Assembly (NCBI GenBank): GCA_041441465.1
Contig: JASDSY010000010.1
Coordinates: 105,883 to 169,882 of the forward strand
DNA: 64,000 nt
DNA from: Candidatus Wallbacteria bacterium
Lineage (GTDB): Bacteria > Muiribacteriota > UBA9980
Reading direction: 5' to 3'
Position 1 is the first letter of the stretch; every line of letters starts with the position of its first letter. The notes under the pieces were generated by a model, which was given only the letters and a program-made list of their open reading frames with translations, was not told the DNA's origin and did no database searches. The translations under genes and the position numbers were made by a program. Shown piece by piece: positions 17,780 to 28,206 of the stretch.

Positions 17780-20020
17780 ATGGTAAAAAATTTAAGCAAT
17801 AACACCAATGAAAAAAAAGTTCCAAGAAAAATAAAAATAAGTTCAGCTGACCAGGCTGCTGCCATGCTTATTAACGCAGACGCTCCAGACTATATCGGCG
17901 TCAGTGAGGTAGCCGACTACATTCAAAATGTTATAGCTGAATATAATCCTTCAGGCGAAATAGGAGCGCTTGTATTTAATATATTTACAGAAGCTCTCAA
18001 TAAATTAAAAGAAGCCATAAAATTAAAAGATGAATCTCCCATAAATACAAAAGCAATAGAAGAATTACTCGGGGCTGCCGGCAGGCTTTTCGAAGCCGGA
18101 AAATCATATTATGAGTCAGACTCGCCTAAATTAAAAAGCGAAATTAAAACACCAGACAGTAAACCAAACCTTGACACTGAAAATAATGCCGGTATGACTA
18201 TGAATTTATCTAATAATCCCATAAGCTCACAAAATTCCGACACCAATCCCGCCGCGCAAAATAATGTTGCAAATTCGCAACCTTCCGTTAACTTAAACAA
18301 TGAATTACTGCCGGAATTTGTGAATGAAAGTCTTGAACATGTCGAAAAAGCTGAAGCCGCTCTTTTAACTCTCGAAAATTCGCCGGACGACCGCGACTCG
18401 ATCGATACCGTTTTCAGGGCATTTCATACGATAAAAGGGTCGGCTGCCTTTTTAGGCCTTGATTATATAGTAAAACTAGCGCATCAGGCCGAAAGCATGC
18501 TTTCAAAAATAAGGGAAGGCACACTGCAATATTCGGCATTTATATCAGACAGCGCACTTTCGGCTATCGACATGCTTTCTTTAATGATAAAAGGCGCGCA
18601 ATCAGGAAAATTATATAAGCCGGAAAACTTTGACGATCTGTTAAAAAAAATAGAATCTCCCGAATTAAATATAAATATTGCCAGCGGTAACAGCAATAGT
18701 AATAATGATATTGACAACAATATTAATAAAACAGAAAATAACGCGGCGGCTGCAATAACTCCAGCCGGCAATCCAGCCGAATCCCAAACCGGCCAGACAT
18801 CATCAACCAAAAATTCACAGCCTTCAATATCGGACGAAGAATCGATGCTGAGAATAAAAACGGATAGGGTTGACAAGTTAATAGACATGATAGGTGAATT
18901 GGTCATAGCGCATTCGATGGTAATGCAGGATAGTTTTGTTAAAACCGGCATAAATCATAATTTACAAAAAAAAGTAATGCGCACTTCTAAAATTATACGC
19001 GAGCTGCAGGATTTAAGCATGCTTATGCGCATGGTGCAATTCAAATCGCTGTTCCAGAAAATGGCGCGTTTAGTGCGCGACACTTCAAAAAAAACCGGCA
19101 AGGCTATTGAATTTATAACTTCGGGACATGAGACCGAAGTTGACCGCAACATCGTAGATACTTTAAATGACGCCCTGATTCATATGATCAGAAATTCCAT
19201 AGACCACGGCATCGAGCCTGCCGGGCAAAGGAGCGCTCAAAACAAACCTGCGCGCGGCGCAATTACGCTTTCTGCATTCCACGAAGGCGGTAACATAGTA
19301 TTAAAACTAAGCGATGACGGCCAGGGCTTGGACCGCGATAAAATATTAAATAAAGCGCTTGAAAAAGGAATAATAAAATCCGCACAGGGATTAAACGAAA
19401 ACGATGTTTTTAACTTAATATTTTTGCCGGGCTTTTCGACGAATGATAAGGTGACATCTCTTTCAGGACGCGGAGTCGGCATGGACGTAGTAAAAAAGGC
19501 CGTTGAAAAACTGCACGGCAAAATTGAGATATCATCAATAAAAAATAAAGGGACCACATTCACAATAAGGCTTCCGCTTACAATGGCAATAACGGACGGC
19601 ATGCTGATAAGAGTCGGAACTCAAAAGTTTATTATTCCGACGATCAATATAAAAATGACAATAAAGCCGCAAAAAGAACAAATTTCAATAATATCAGGCA
19701 GCGGCGAGCTTATAGCATTCAGGGGAAAAATGCTTCCGATATTCAGATTGAAAAAAGTATTTGAAATCAACGAGGGCGAAGACCTTATTGAAAACGGAAT
19801 AATTATAATACTAGAAGACAATCAAACTACATGCGCATTCTTTGTAGATGAGTTGCTGGGACAATACCAGGTTGTAGTCAAGCCTTTAGGCGCCGGCATC
19901 GGCAAGATCGACGGCATTTCAGGCGGGGCAATACTTGGCGACGGACGTGTCGGCCTCATAATCGAACCTTCTGAGTTAATAGAACAGGCAAAGCTTTTAG
20001 CCGTGCCGGTCGCAGCTTAA
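17780..20020 (+). CDS. cheA: chemotaxis histidine kinase CheA
   Basis: Hpt motif FRAFHTIKGSAAFLGL, HATPase region GRGVGMDVV, C-terminal CheW-like domain; ORF track starts at 17657 but that start would overlap the upstream repeat/promoter region, so the ATG at 17780 (MVKNL) is preferred. Confidence 0.8.
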   Translation: MVKNLSNNTNEKKVPRKIKISSADQAAAMLINADAPDYIGVSEVADYIQNVIAEYNPSGEIGALVFNIFTEALNKLKEAIKLKDESPINTKAIEELLGAAGRLFEAGKSYYESDSPKLKSEIKTPDSKPNLDTENNAGMTMNLSNNPISSQNSDTNPAAQNNVANSQPSVNLNNELLPEFVNESLEHVEKAEAALLTLENSPDDRDSIDTVFRAFHTIKGSAAFLGLDYIVKLAHQAESMLSKIREGTLQYSAFISDSALSAIDMLSLMIKGAQSGKLYKPENFDDLLKKIESPELNINIASGNSNSNNDIDNNINKTENNAAAAITPAGNPAESQTGQTSSTKNSQPSISDEESMLRIKTDRVDKLIDMIGELVIAHSMVMQDSFVKTGINHNLQKKVMRTSKIIRELQDLSMLMRMVQFKSLFQKMARLVRDTSKKTGKAIEFITSGHETEVDRNIVDTLNDALIHMIRNSIDHGIEPAGQRSAQNKPARGAITLSAFHEGGNIVLKLSDDGQGLDRDKILNKALEKGIIKSAQGLNENDVFNLIFLPGFSTNDKVTSLSGRGVGMDVVKKAVEKLHGKIEISSIKNKGTTFTIRLPLTMAITDGMLIRVGTQKFIIPTINIKMTIKPQKEQISIISGSGELIAFRGKMLPIFRLKKVFEINEGEDLIENGIIIILEDNQTTCAFFVDELLGQYQVVVKPLGAGIGKIDGISGGAILGDGRVGLIIEPSELIEQAKLLAVPVAA

Positions 20021-20024
20021 TATA

Positions 20025-20549
20025 ATGGCGGTGAGTATAATGACTATGGAAAACGCTCAAATTTATAACCATCCAACACAGGAAGCCGTTCAAATCAAAC
20101 CTGAACTGATTAAGCTGCTGACATTCATATTGAACGGAGAAGAATATGCGGTTGATATATTAAAAGTTCAGGAAATAATAGGCATCATTGAAATAACGCC
20201 GGTGCCTAAAACTAAGCCTTATATTAAAGGCGTTATAAATCTCAGGGGTTATATAATACCGGTAATAGACCTCAGAAAATTATTTGAGATGGCGGAAATA
20301 AAGTACACTGATTTAACCTGCATAGTAATAATTAAATCAGGCGGAATAACAATGGGGCTTATCGTCGATATGGTTTCTGACGTAATCGACGCCGGCACCG
20401 CTAATCTCCAAAAAACTCCCGATTTCGGCATTTCAGTTAAAACAGCATTCATTAATTCAATCGTAAAATCCGAACATAAGCCAAAATACTTAATAAATCT
20501 TGAAAAAATAATTGGAAGCGATGAAAATGCCGTAAATGGAAATACTTAA
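20025..20549 (+). CDS. cheW: chemotaxis coupling protein CheW
   Basis: 174 aa; CheW-like domain (FILNGEEYAVDILKVQEII...INLRGYIIPVIDLR). Confidence 0.8.
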   Translation: MAVSIMTMENAQIYNHPTQEAVQIKPELIKLLTFILNGEEYAVDILKVQEIIGIIEITPVPKTKPYIKGVINLRGYIIPVIDLRKLFEMAEIKYTDLTCIVIIKSGGITMGLIVDMVSDVIDAGTANLQKTPDFGISVKTAFINSIVKSEHKPKYLINLEKIIGSDENAVNGNT

Positions 20550-20620
20550 AATTTAAAATTAAATAACCAATACATGATAATAAAAATATAATAAAGTTAA
20601 CTATATAAGGGGGACTAAAC

Positions 20621-22525
20621 ATGAAAATTAAAATAAGCACAAAATTGATATCGAGCTTTATAGTGATCGCTCTAATAGCGGGATTAATAGGTATAATAAG
20701 CCGGAATAATCTTTTAGAAATCGATGGGAATTATACAAATCTCATCGAAAAATATATGCGCCCGCTTGTTAAAATCGAGAAAATCGACACCAACTTTCAG
20801 CATATAAGGGTATATTTAAGAGATTTGATAATGGAAACAAACAAGGACAAAATATCGAAAATCAAAGATAATATCACCGCATTAGACGAAGAAAATCAAA
20901 AACAGATAAAAGAAGTCGATCAAACTCTTTCTGATAATTCGAATATAAAAACAATAAATGAAATTTATGATTCATTTGTCAGCGAATACAATAGTTATAT
21001 GAGTGATGCAAATAAAATTAAAAATATTGTTAACGCCGGTCAGGAGAGCGAAGCGATAGCCATTTTAAACAGCAGCGCATTTATCGAAAAAGTAAATAAA
21101 GCTGACGAATATTTAAATAACTTGAACAAACTAGCTAACGCTGAAATTACCAGAATAGAAAATATAAACGAAGCGGAAGTTCATTCGACCCTCAGTACGA
21201 TCCTCTGGATCATCGTATCCGGAATAATTTTGGCGGTCATATTGGGGTTATTTATTTCAAGAGGCATCTCAAAAATAATATTGAATTTGAATAACGAAGT
21301 AAGGGCGATAATAAATTCGATTTTAGAAGGCAATCTTAAATTCAGGGGCGACTACCAAAAAATTAATTTTGAATTCCAGGACATAATAAAAGGCATTAAC
21401 GATATAATGGACGCTTATGATAAGCCTGTAAATGAAGCGCTCGCAACACTCGAAAAGATTTCAGAAAATGATTTAACGGTAAGAATGACAGGCAACTACA
21501 AAGGCGATTTCTTAAAAATTAAAGAATCGATCAATAAGGCTTTTGAAACGCTTGACAAGACGCTCCAAAATATACTCGCCAGCTCGGAACAGGTATCTGC
21601 ATCAGCGGTTCAAATCAGCGACGGCAGTCAGTCACTGGCAGCAGGCGCATCTGAGCAGGCAAGTTCTCTCGAAGAAATTTCAAGCAGCCTCCATGAAATG
21701 AACTCAATGGCTAAGCAAAATGCGGCAAATTCCAAAGAAGGCCAGAACCTTGCATTAATTACAAGAAAAAGCTCGGACCACGAAGTTGAAAGCATGAAAG
21801 AGCTTTCGAAAGCTATCGAAAAAATTAAAGAATCAGCCAGCAACACGGCGAAAATAACGAAAACGATAGAAGAAATAGCGTTCCAGACGAACCTTCTGGC
21901 CCTTAACGCGGCCGTAGAAGCGGCAAGAGCTGGAGACGCCGGCAAAGGATTCGCCGTTGTAGCCGAAGAAGTAAGGAATCTTGCAATGAGGAGCGCGGAA
22001 GCTGCTAAAAACACCGCGCAGCTTATAGAAGAATCGGTTAAAGACACTGTTTATGTAGTAAATATAAGCAATGACGCATTAAAAGGCCTGGCAGAAATCA
22101 GCTCGCATATAAATAAAGTCAACGAATTCATGTCCGAAATCGCCGCCGCATCTGAACAGCAGAGCCAGGGAATCGACCAGATCAACGCGGGCGTTTCTCA
22201 GTTAAATCAGGTTACGCAACAAAATGCAGCATTTTCTGAAGAATCAGCAGGATCGGCCGAAGAGTTGAATTCACTATCACGCGAAATGTTTTCAATGATA
22301 TTGAACTTCAAATTAACAGGAAGCGGCCAGATCAACTCAAAAAATTACGTAAACGCAATAGCCAGGCAAGATAAAAAAACAAGCGGAGTCAATGAAAAAA
22401 GACCGATAATAGACGCAGTACACAATATAAAAAAACTCGATAAATTTAAATCGAACACTATAAAAAAATCTCCTGAATCAATAATTCCATTTGATGATGA
22501 CAATGACATACTGAAGCAATTTTAA
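20621..22525 (+). CDS. methyl-accepting chemotaxis protein
   Basis: 634 aa; N-terminal TM, HAMP-like region, conserved signalling motif [34 protein letters not shown]; RBS aaggggg. Confidence 0.85.
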   Translation: MKIKISTKLISSFIVIALIAGLIGIISRNNLLEIDGNYTNLIEKYMRPLVKIEKIDTNFQHIRVYLRDLIMETNKDKISKIKDNITALDEENQKQIKEVDQTLSDNSNIKTINEIYDSFVSEYNSYMSDANKIKNIVNAGQESEAIAILNSSAFIEKVNKADEYLNNLNKLANAEITRIENINEAEVHSTLSTILWIIVSGIILAVILGLFISRGISKIILNLNNEVRAIINSILEGNLKFRGDYQKINFEFQDIIKGINDIMDAYDKPVNEALATLEKISENDLTVRMTGNYKGDFLKIKESINKAFETLDKTLQNILASSEQVSASAVQISDGSQSLAAGASEQASSLEEISSSLHEMNSMAKQNAANSKEGQNLALITRKSSDHEVESMKELSKAIEKIKESASNTAKITKTIEEIAFQTNLLALNAAVEAARAGDAGKGFAVVAEEVRNLAMRSAEAAKNTAQLIEESVKDTVYVVNISNDALKGLAEISSHINKVNEFMSEIAAASEQQSQGIDQINAGVSQLNQVTQQNAAFSEESAGSAEELNSLSREMFSMILNFKLTGSGQINSKNYVNAIARQDKKTSGVNEKRPIIDAVHNIKKLDKFKSNTIKKSPESIIPFDDDNDILKQF

Positions 22526-22561
22526 TTGTTTAAAGATATAATTCAAAGAAAGGAGGCTAGT

Positions 22562-23395
22562 ATGCCTTCGAAACTTTCCACAATTGAATTAAAAAATGCA
22601 GATTTTTTGAAGATAAGCGATCTGTTATATACATCATGCGGAATAGATCTGGACGACAATAAACAGGAACTTGTAAAATCAAGGCTTATAAAAAGGATCA
22701 GCGACCTTGAATTTAACAGCTTCGAACAGTATCTGGCCTTTATAAAACAGGATTATTCAAAAAAAGAATTGGCCTCTATGATCGATATGCTAACCACCAA
22801 TGTTACATATTTTTTCAGGGAACAAAGGCACTTTGATTTTATGGCCGCGTCGCTGAAAGCAAAAAAGGATACAAGAAAAGTAAGATTATGGAGCGCCGGG
22901 TGCTCATCCGGCGAAGAACCGTATTCAATCATAATGACTCTCAATGAAGAGTTGAGCAAATTTAACGAGTATGACATAAAAGTCCTGAGTACGGATATTT
23001 CGTCTAAAATGATAAATAAGGCACGTACCGGAATATACGACTCTATATCCTTGAAAGGCCTTAATAATTATATAATAGACAAGTATTTCATCAAGCAGGC
23101 TGAACTGCCTGAGTATAAAAACAACATAAAATACGACATAAAAAATAATATCAAGCGGCATATAAGTTTCGCGCGGCTGAATCTTATGGATGACTGGCCT
23201 ATGCACGGCCCTTTCGACTATATATTCTGCCGCAACGTCATGATATATTTTGATAAATTGACGCAGAATAAATTAATTAACAGATTTTATTCGCTTTTAG
23301 CAGACGGAGGTTATCTTTTTATAGGTCATTCAGAAAGCCTCTCCGCGTTAAAACATAATTTTAAATATATAGAACCAGCTATTTATTTAAAATAA
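22562..23395 (+). CDS. cheR: chemotaxis methyltransferase CheR
   Basis: SAM-binding region LWSAGCSSGEEPYSIIM; start set at the ATG 6 nt after aggagg (ORF track 22526). Confidence 0.8.
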   Translation: MPSKLSTIELKNADFLKISDLLYTSCGIDLDDNKQELVKSRLIKRISDLEFNSFEQYLAFIKQDYSKKELASMIDMLTTNVTYFFREQRHFDFMAASLKAKKDTRKVRLWSAGCSSGEEPYSIIMTLNEELSKFNEYDIKVLSTDISSKMINKARTGIYDSISLKGLNNYIIDKYFIKQAELPEYKNNIKYDIKNNIKRHISFARLNLMDDWPMHGPFDYIFCRNVMIYFDKLTQNKLINRFYSLLADGGYLFIGHSESLSALKHNFKYIEPAIYLK

Positions 23396-23418
23396 TTAAG
23401 TATATTGGAGGCGCCAGG

Positions 23419-24525
23419 ATGATTCGCGTTTTAATTGTTGATGATTCGGCGTTCGTAAGGAAAATCTTAAAAAATGAACTTTTAAAATATGACGACATCG
23501 AAGTGATCGGCGAGGCGGCCGACCCTTATGCCGCCCGTGAAATAATAGCGGAAAATAAACCGGACGTTATCACTCTTGACATTGAAATGCCAAGAATGGA
23601 CGGTATTACTTTTCTTGAAAAATTAATGAAATATTACCCGATTCCCGTTATAATAGTAAGCTCAGTTACCGCTCAAAACCGTGATTTAATACTAAAAGCG
23701 ATGAATTTGGGAGCAATCGAAGTAATAAATAAGGCAGGATCGCAATATTCTCTTCCAGATACTATAAGATTAATTAAAGCCATTAAAAACGCATCGTTGA
23801 TCAATATCGAAAAAATGAACTATACGGCTGAAATAAACCATGACTCAAATATAATCAAAGTAAAAAATACGGGTTTACAAGATAAAACCAATAATTATCA
23901 GGCTTCATTACAAAATGTTCCGGCGCTTCAGACGACGGATAAGTTAATAGCGATAGGCGCCTCAACTGGCGGGACGAAAGCGCTTGAAATAGTTCTTGCC
24001 GGCTTACCGGCCGACGTTCCGGCCGTCCTTATCGTCCAGCATATGCCTGAAGGATTTACCGAATCATTCGCCAAACGCCTCGACAGCATATGCAGCTTGC
24101 ATGTTAAAGAAGCAGCCGACGGCGATTATCTCGTTTCAGGTACGGCATTTATCGCACCGGGCAATAAACACATGGTACTTGCCAGAAGCGGCGCGCGATA
24201 TTATATAAAAATAAAGGACGGCCCTCATGTTCATCACCAAAAACCAAGCGTCGATGTGCTTTTTCATTCAGTATCCAGAAACGCCGGCCCGAACGCTGTA
24301 GGAGTCATATTAACCGGAATGGGCGCTGACGGCGCGTCTGGTATGCTTGAAATGCACGAATCAGGCTCCTATAATATAGCTCAGGACGAACAAAGTTCAG
24401 TCGTATTCGGAATGCCCAAAGAAGCCATAAAACTCGGCGCGGCCGATGAAGTCGCCGCTCTTGATAAAATCGCGGGTAAGATTGTCACGGCCGTCGAAAA
24501 GATAAAAAAACAGTCTGATAATTAA
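23419..24525 (+). CDS. cheB: chemotaxis methylesterase/response regulator CheB
   Basis: 368 aa; N-terminal receiver domain (VLIVDDSAFVRK...ITLDIEMPRMDG) and C-terminal methylesterase (IAIGASTGGTKALE). Confidence 0.85.
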   Translation: MIRVLIVDDSAFVRKILKNELLKYDDIEVIGEAADPYAAREIIAENKPDVITLDIEMPRMDGITFLEKLMKYYPIPVIIVSSVTAQNRDLILKAMNLGAIEVINKAGSQYSLPDTIRLIKAIKNASLINIEKMNYTAEINHDSNIIKVKNTGLQDKTNNYQASLQNVPALQTTDKLIAIGASTGGTKALEIVLAGLPADVPAVLIVQHMPEGFTESFAKRLDSICSLHVKEAADGDYLVSGTAFIAPGNKHMVLARSGARYYIKIKDGPHVHHQKPSVDVLFHSVSRNAGPNAVGVILTGMGADGASGMLEMHESGSYNIAQDEQSSVVFGMPKEAIKLGAADEVAALDKIAGKIVTAVEKIKKQSDN

Positions 24526-24620
24526 ATTATTTCCGAAAAAAAATTTGCAGAATACTTCAGAACCATTAGTTTTAACAGCAAATCAGAAATCATCAAAAAA
24601 ACAAGCCGATAATCTAAAAA

Positions 24621-24657
24621 AACGGTAAGGCTAATTAAAGCTTTACCGTTTTTTTTA
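24621..24657. terminator. bidirectional intrinsic terminator between cheB and the convergent peptidase gene
   Basis: stem aacggtaagg / ctttaccgtt (one G-U) with loop ctaattaaag, A-run before and 8-T run after. Confidence 0.65.
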
Positions 24658-24695
24658 AATTAATTTAATTTTTATTTATCTTAATTCTTGTGCAA

Positions 24696-26084
24696 TTAGT
24701 TAGTTTTCATCATAGGCGGCATATCCATTCCGTGCATGAACGGATTGCTGTTAGGCATCGGCGACGCTGACGGCGCTGCTGATTCGTTAGCTTCGTCTTT
24801 TTTGGAATAAACCGCTTTGATCATTTCATCCCATCTCAAAGCTGCAAACTTTGTCGTGTCGTATTTAGCGTTAAAACCATATGTCGGAATGTAAATAGCC
24901 ATGCCTGTCGCGTTAGAAACCGAACCGCCGGTCTGGGAATTCTGCATAACAGCTTTTTCATAAGCCATTAAAACTTTAACGGCGGCATCTTTAATTTTAG
25001 CGTTAACTGCTGATTCCTGTAAGTTTTTCATTAAATTTCCAATATCCACGTTATCGGCTTCGTCAAATTTTTGTGATTTTGATACAGCCCATTTGAAGGC
25101 TTTTACATCGGCGGCATTGCCGGCGCTTTCGATTACCGAAGCTGCAAAAGCGTCCAATGCGTTAGCCAGATCGTCAAGTTTCGAGCAGTCAACCGCTGAC
25201 TGTGTAGCACCGGTTTCATTTTTATAACTTTCACCGAAAGCGCTTACAACAATATTTACAAATTCTTTGCCGTTTAATTTAGGGTTTTGAACAAGAGGCG
25301 GACAAACGAGATCGTAAGGCCAGCCTGCGCCCGGTTCAACTTCTTCTGAAGCTGATATGAATTTTACGTTATCTTTTACTTCGTATGCAACTTCCATCAT
25401 CTGCATCAGGCATGCGTCCATACCGAAAACATCAAGCGGTTTACCAAGTATCTGCTGGATTTTTTCCATAGCGATGCCAAGATCTTTTGTTGTAATATGA
25501 TTGCCTGACTGGTCGTCATAAGAAATCCCGCGGAAAGCTTTCTGAGCTTTTTTCTTCCAGCCTGAACCGTGGTTTTCAATTACAAGCATATATTTTGAAG
25601 CAGGATAATTTTCTTTTGTCCACTTAACGAATTCAACAAGCTGCTTATAGTCGCCCATGTCAACTTCGCCAATTTCCATAACTTTATTGCCGGTCAATCC
25701 CCAATCGTCGGCTTTGGCGCCGGCCTTGCGATCGGTAAGAGAATAACGGCGCGCCGGTTTATTTTCACGGTCAAGCTGTACTATAATATTTACGTCATTG
25801 CTTAATCCGGCTTTTTCCATTTCCTGAGCGTCACGAACTAAATCCGAATCAAGGTTGTTATCGCCGTTTGAAAATACCATGAATGTCCATTTTTTAGAAG
25901 CCGCCGCCTGAGTTTGAGCCATTTCAGGCTGAGGAGTTTCCTGAGTTTGAGTTACGGCAGGAGTATTATCCGCTGCCGGATTTTGATTTTCTTGAGCTGA
26001 TAAATTCGAAGCAGGATTAGCTAGCATAAGACAACAAATTGCAAATGAAACTGCCAATAATGTTTTCTTCATGACCGTTACCAC
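24696..26084 (-). CDS. clostripain-like (C11 family) cysteine peptidase, secreted
   Basis: 462 aa; signal peptide; candidate His (VIENHGSGW) and Cys (FGMDACLMQ) dyad contexts; Met-rich C-terminal tail. Confidence 0.6.
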   Translation of the reverse strand: MVTVMKKTLLAVSFAICCLMLANPASNLSAQENQNPAADNTPAVTQTQETPQPEMAQTQAAASKKWTFMVFSNGDNNLDSDLVRDAQEMEKAGLSNDVNIIVQLDRENKPARRYSLTDRKAGAKADDWGLTGNKVMEIGEVDMGDYKQLVEFVKWTKENYPASKYMLVIENHGSGWKKKAQKAFRGISYDDQSGNHITTKDLGIAMEKIQQILGKPLDVFGMDACLMQMMEVAYEVKDNVKFISASEEVEPGAGWPYDLVCPPLVQNPKLNGKEFVNIVVSAFGESYKNETGATQSAVDCSKLDDLANALDAFAASVIESAGNAADVKAFKWAVSKSQKFDEADNVDIGNLMKNLQESAVNAKIKDAAVKVLMAYEKAVMQNSQTGGSVSNATGMAIYIPTYGFNAKYDTTKFAALRWDEMIKAVYSKKDEANESAAPSASPMPNSNPFMHGMDMPPMMKTN

Positions 26085-26456
26085 CTTAACTTTTTTTATT
26101 TTTACAAATTATACAATAAAATTAATTCATTGTAAAGAATCGAATAAAAGTTTTTTTATTTTTATTTATTTTTGTTGACAGCAGGACATAAAAAATATTA
26201 AAATCAAAAAATTCATTTTTTAATTTAACTTTGAATTTTATTAAATTATGTAAATAAAAAAGTCAACATACCTGCATAGTTAATAATTAAGATTTATAAA
26301 ACATAAAAAACGGTTCTGAAATAAAGGTTATATCGAAAAATATTAAAATTTTGCAGCTAATAATTTCTAAAATAAAAAAACTTATCATTATGTCAGGAAT
26401 AAGCAAGGTATAGAAATAAGCAAAAACAAAAAAATAACGCATGGGTGGTATGAAAA

Positions 26457-28094
26457 ATGATTAAAGGCAAACTAATCGACTTATTTGCAAGGAAAATATT
26501 TCCGGCCGAAGTTATAATCTCAGAAAACAAAATCGGTAAAATTAATGATTTAACCGGAAAAATTACAGATGAAGAAACAAAAAAATTACCGTATATTATG
26601 CCTGGATTTGTTGATGCCCACATCCACATAGAAAGCTCTATGCTCACCCCGTCGAATTTCGCAGTAGCGGCAGTACCGCACGGCACAATAGCTACAGTTT
26701 CCGATCCTCATGAAATAGCCAACGTAATAGGCGCCGCCGGAATTGATTTCATGCTCAATGATGCAGCTAAAGTACCTTTAAAATTTTACTTCAGCGTTCC
26801 GTCATGCGTGCCGTTCGAAAAATTCGGCGGCATAATTAACGATTCCGAATTCGAAAAATTCATGGCGCATGAAAAAATAAAATGCCTCGGTGAAGTAATG
26901 GATTTTCCAGGTGTAATAAATGATCACGACGGGATAATGAAAAAAATAGAACTGGCTAAAAAATATAACAAAATCTCCGACGGCCATGCCCCCGGCTTAT
27001 CAGGCGACGCGGCAAAAAAATATTTCGGCGCCGGCATAACAACGGACCATGAATGTATGACATTCGAAGAGGCCGTCGAAAAAGCCAACCTCGGAGTCAT
27101 GGTGCAAATTCGCGAAGGGTCAGCCGCCAAAAATTTCAATGATATAATAAAACTCATCGAGATAAAACCGCAAAATTGTATGTTTTGCAGCGACGACCGT
27201 CACCCTGACGATTTATTGCACGGCCATATCAATTTATTAGTAAAAAAAGCGTTAAAATCAGGTTATGATCTGTTTGACGTTTTAAACGCCGCATCGACAA
27301 ATGCGATCAGGCATTACAAACTTGATTGCGGCCTTTTAAGAAAAGGCGATTTTGCGGATTTCATAATAGTAGACGATCTCGACAATTTCAACATCGAACG
27401 AGTATTCATAAACGGCGCCGAAATTGCCGCGCACGGCAAGGCTTTATTTAATGCCGCCGGATTGAGCCACATCAACCGTTTTAAAACACATGAAAAAACC
27501 GTCGATGATTTTAAAATTTTATATAACGGCCAAAAGCCAGTAAAAGTAAAAGTTATCGAAGCGATCGACGGCCAGCTCGTCACCGGCAAAACCAGTTTTA
27601 TTCCGCAAATAGAAAATAATTGCGTTCTGGCGGATGTTAAAAACGACATTTTAAAAATAGCGATAGTCAATAGATACTGCGATTCTCCAATTTCGGTCGG
27701 GTTCATAAAAAATTTCGGCATGAAAAACGGCGCCCTGGCGTCAAGCGTAATGCACGACTCGCATAATATAATCGCAGTAGGCGTTTCCGATGAGGCTATA
27801 TGCCGCGCTGTCAACGTTATAATAAAAAATAAGGGCGGCATATGCGTGGCGGCTGATTCAGGCGAGATGAGCCTGCCGCTTCCGATTGCCGGAATAATAT
27901 CAGACCTCGGCTGCCTCGAACTCGCACATAAGTACGAAGAAATACAAAACTTTGCCGCGCAGACCGGCACGACTCTTAAATCGCCTTTTATGACACTTTC
28001 ATTTATGGCGTTAACGGTCATTCCCGAATTAAAAATCAGCGCCGAAGGCTTATTCGATGTCACAAACTTTAAAGTCACGAGCCTGTTTGAGTAA
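26457..28094 (+). CDS. ade: adenine deaminase
   Basis: 545 aa; amidohydrolase metal-binding start GFVDAHIHIESS and overall Ade-like layout. Confidence 0.7.
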   Translation: MIKGKLIDLFARKIFPAEVIISENKIGKINDLTGKITDEETKKLPYIMPGFVDAHIHIESSMLTPSNFAVAAVPHGTIATVSDPHEIANVIGAAGIDFMLNDAAKVPLKFYFSVPSCVPFEKFGGIINDSEFEKFMAHEKIKCLGEVMDFPGVINDHDGIMKKIELAKKYNKISDGHAPGLSGDAAKKYFGAGITTDHECMTFEEAVEKANLGVMVQIREGSAAKNFNDIIKLIEIKPQNCMFCSDDRHPDDLLHGHINLLVKKALKSGYDLFDVLNAASTNAIRHYKLDCGLLRKGDFADFIIVDDLDNFNIERVFINGAEIAAHGKALFNAAGLSHINRFKTHEKTVDDFKILYNGQKPVKVKVIEAIDGQLVTGKTSFIPQIENNCVLADVKNDILKIAIVNRYCDSPISVGFIKNFGMKNGALASSVMHDSHNIIAVGVSDEAICRAVNVIIKNKGGICVAADSGEMSLPLPIAGIISDLGCLELAHKYEEIQNFAAQTGTTLKSPFMTLSFMALTVIPELKISAEGLFDVTNFKVTSLFE

Positions 28095-28135
28095 TACGGC
28101 CTCCGCTAATACTACAATCACGAGCAGTAAATATT

Positions 28136-28165
28136 TTGACAAAGCGTTAATTCGTGTGGTAAAAT
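28136..28165 (+). promoter_or_regulatory. sigma70-type promoter TTGACA-N18-TAAAAT with TGg extended -10
   Basis: ttgaca 28136-28141, gtggtaaaat ending at 28165; about 40 nt upstream of the ATG at 28207. Confidence 0.45.
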
Positions 28166-28206
28166 ATATATGCAATTATAATAATTTAAGATGAGGCTTT
28201 ATATTT

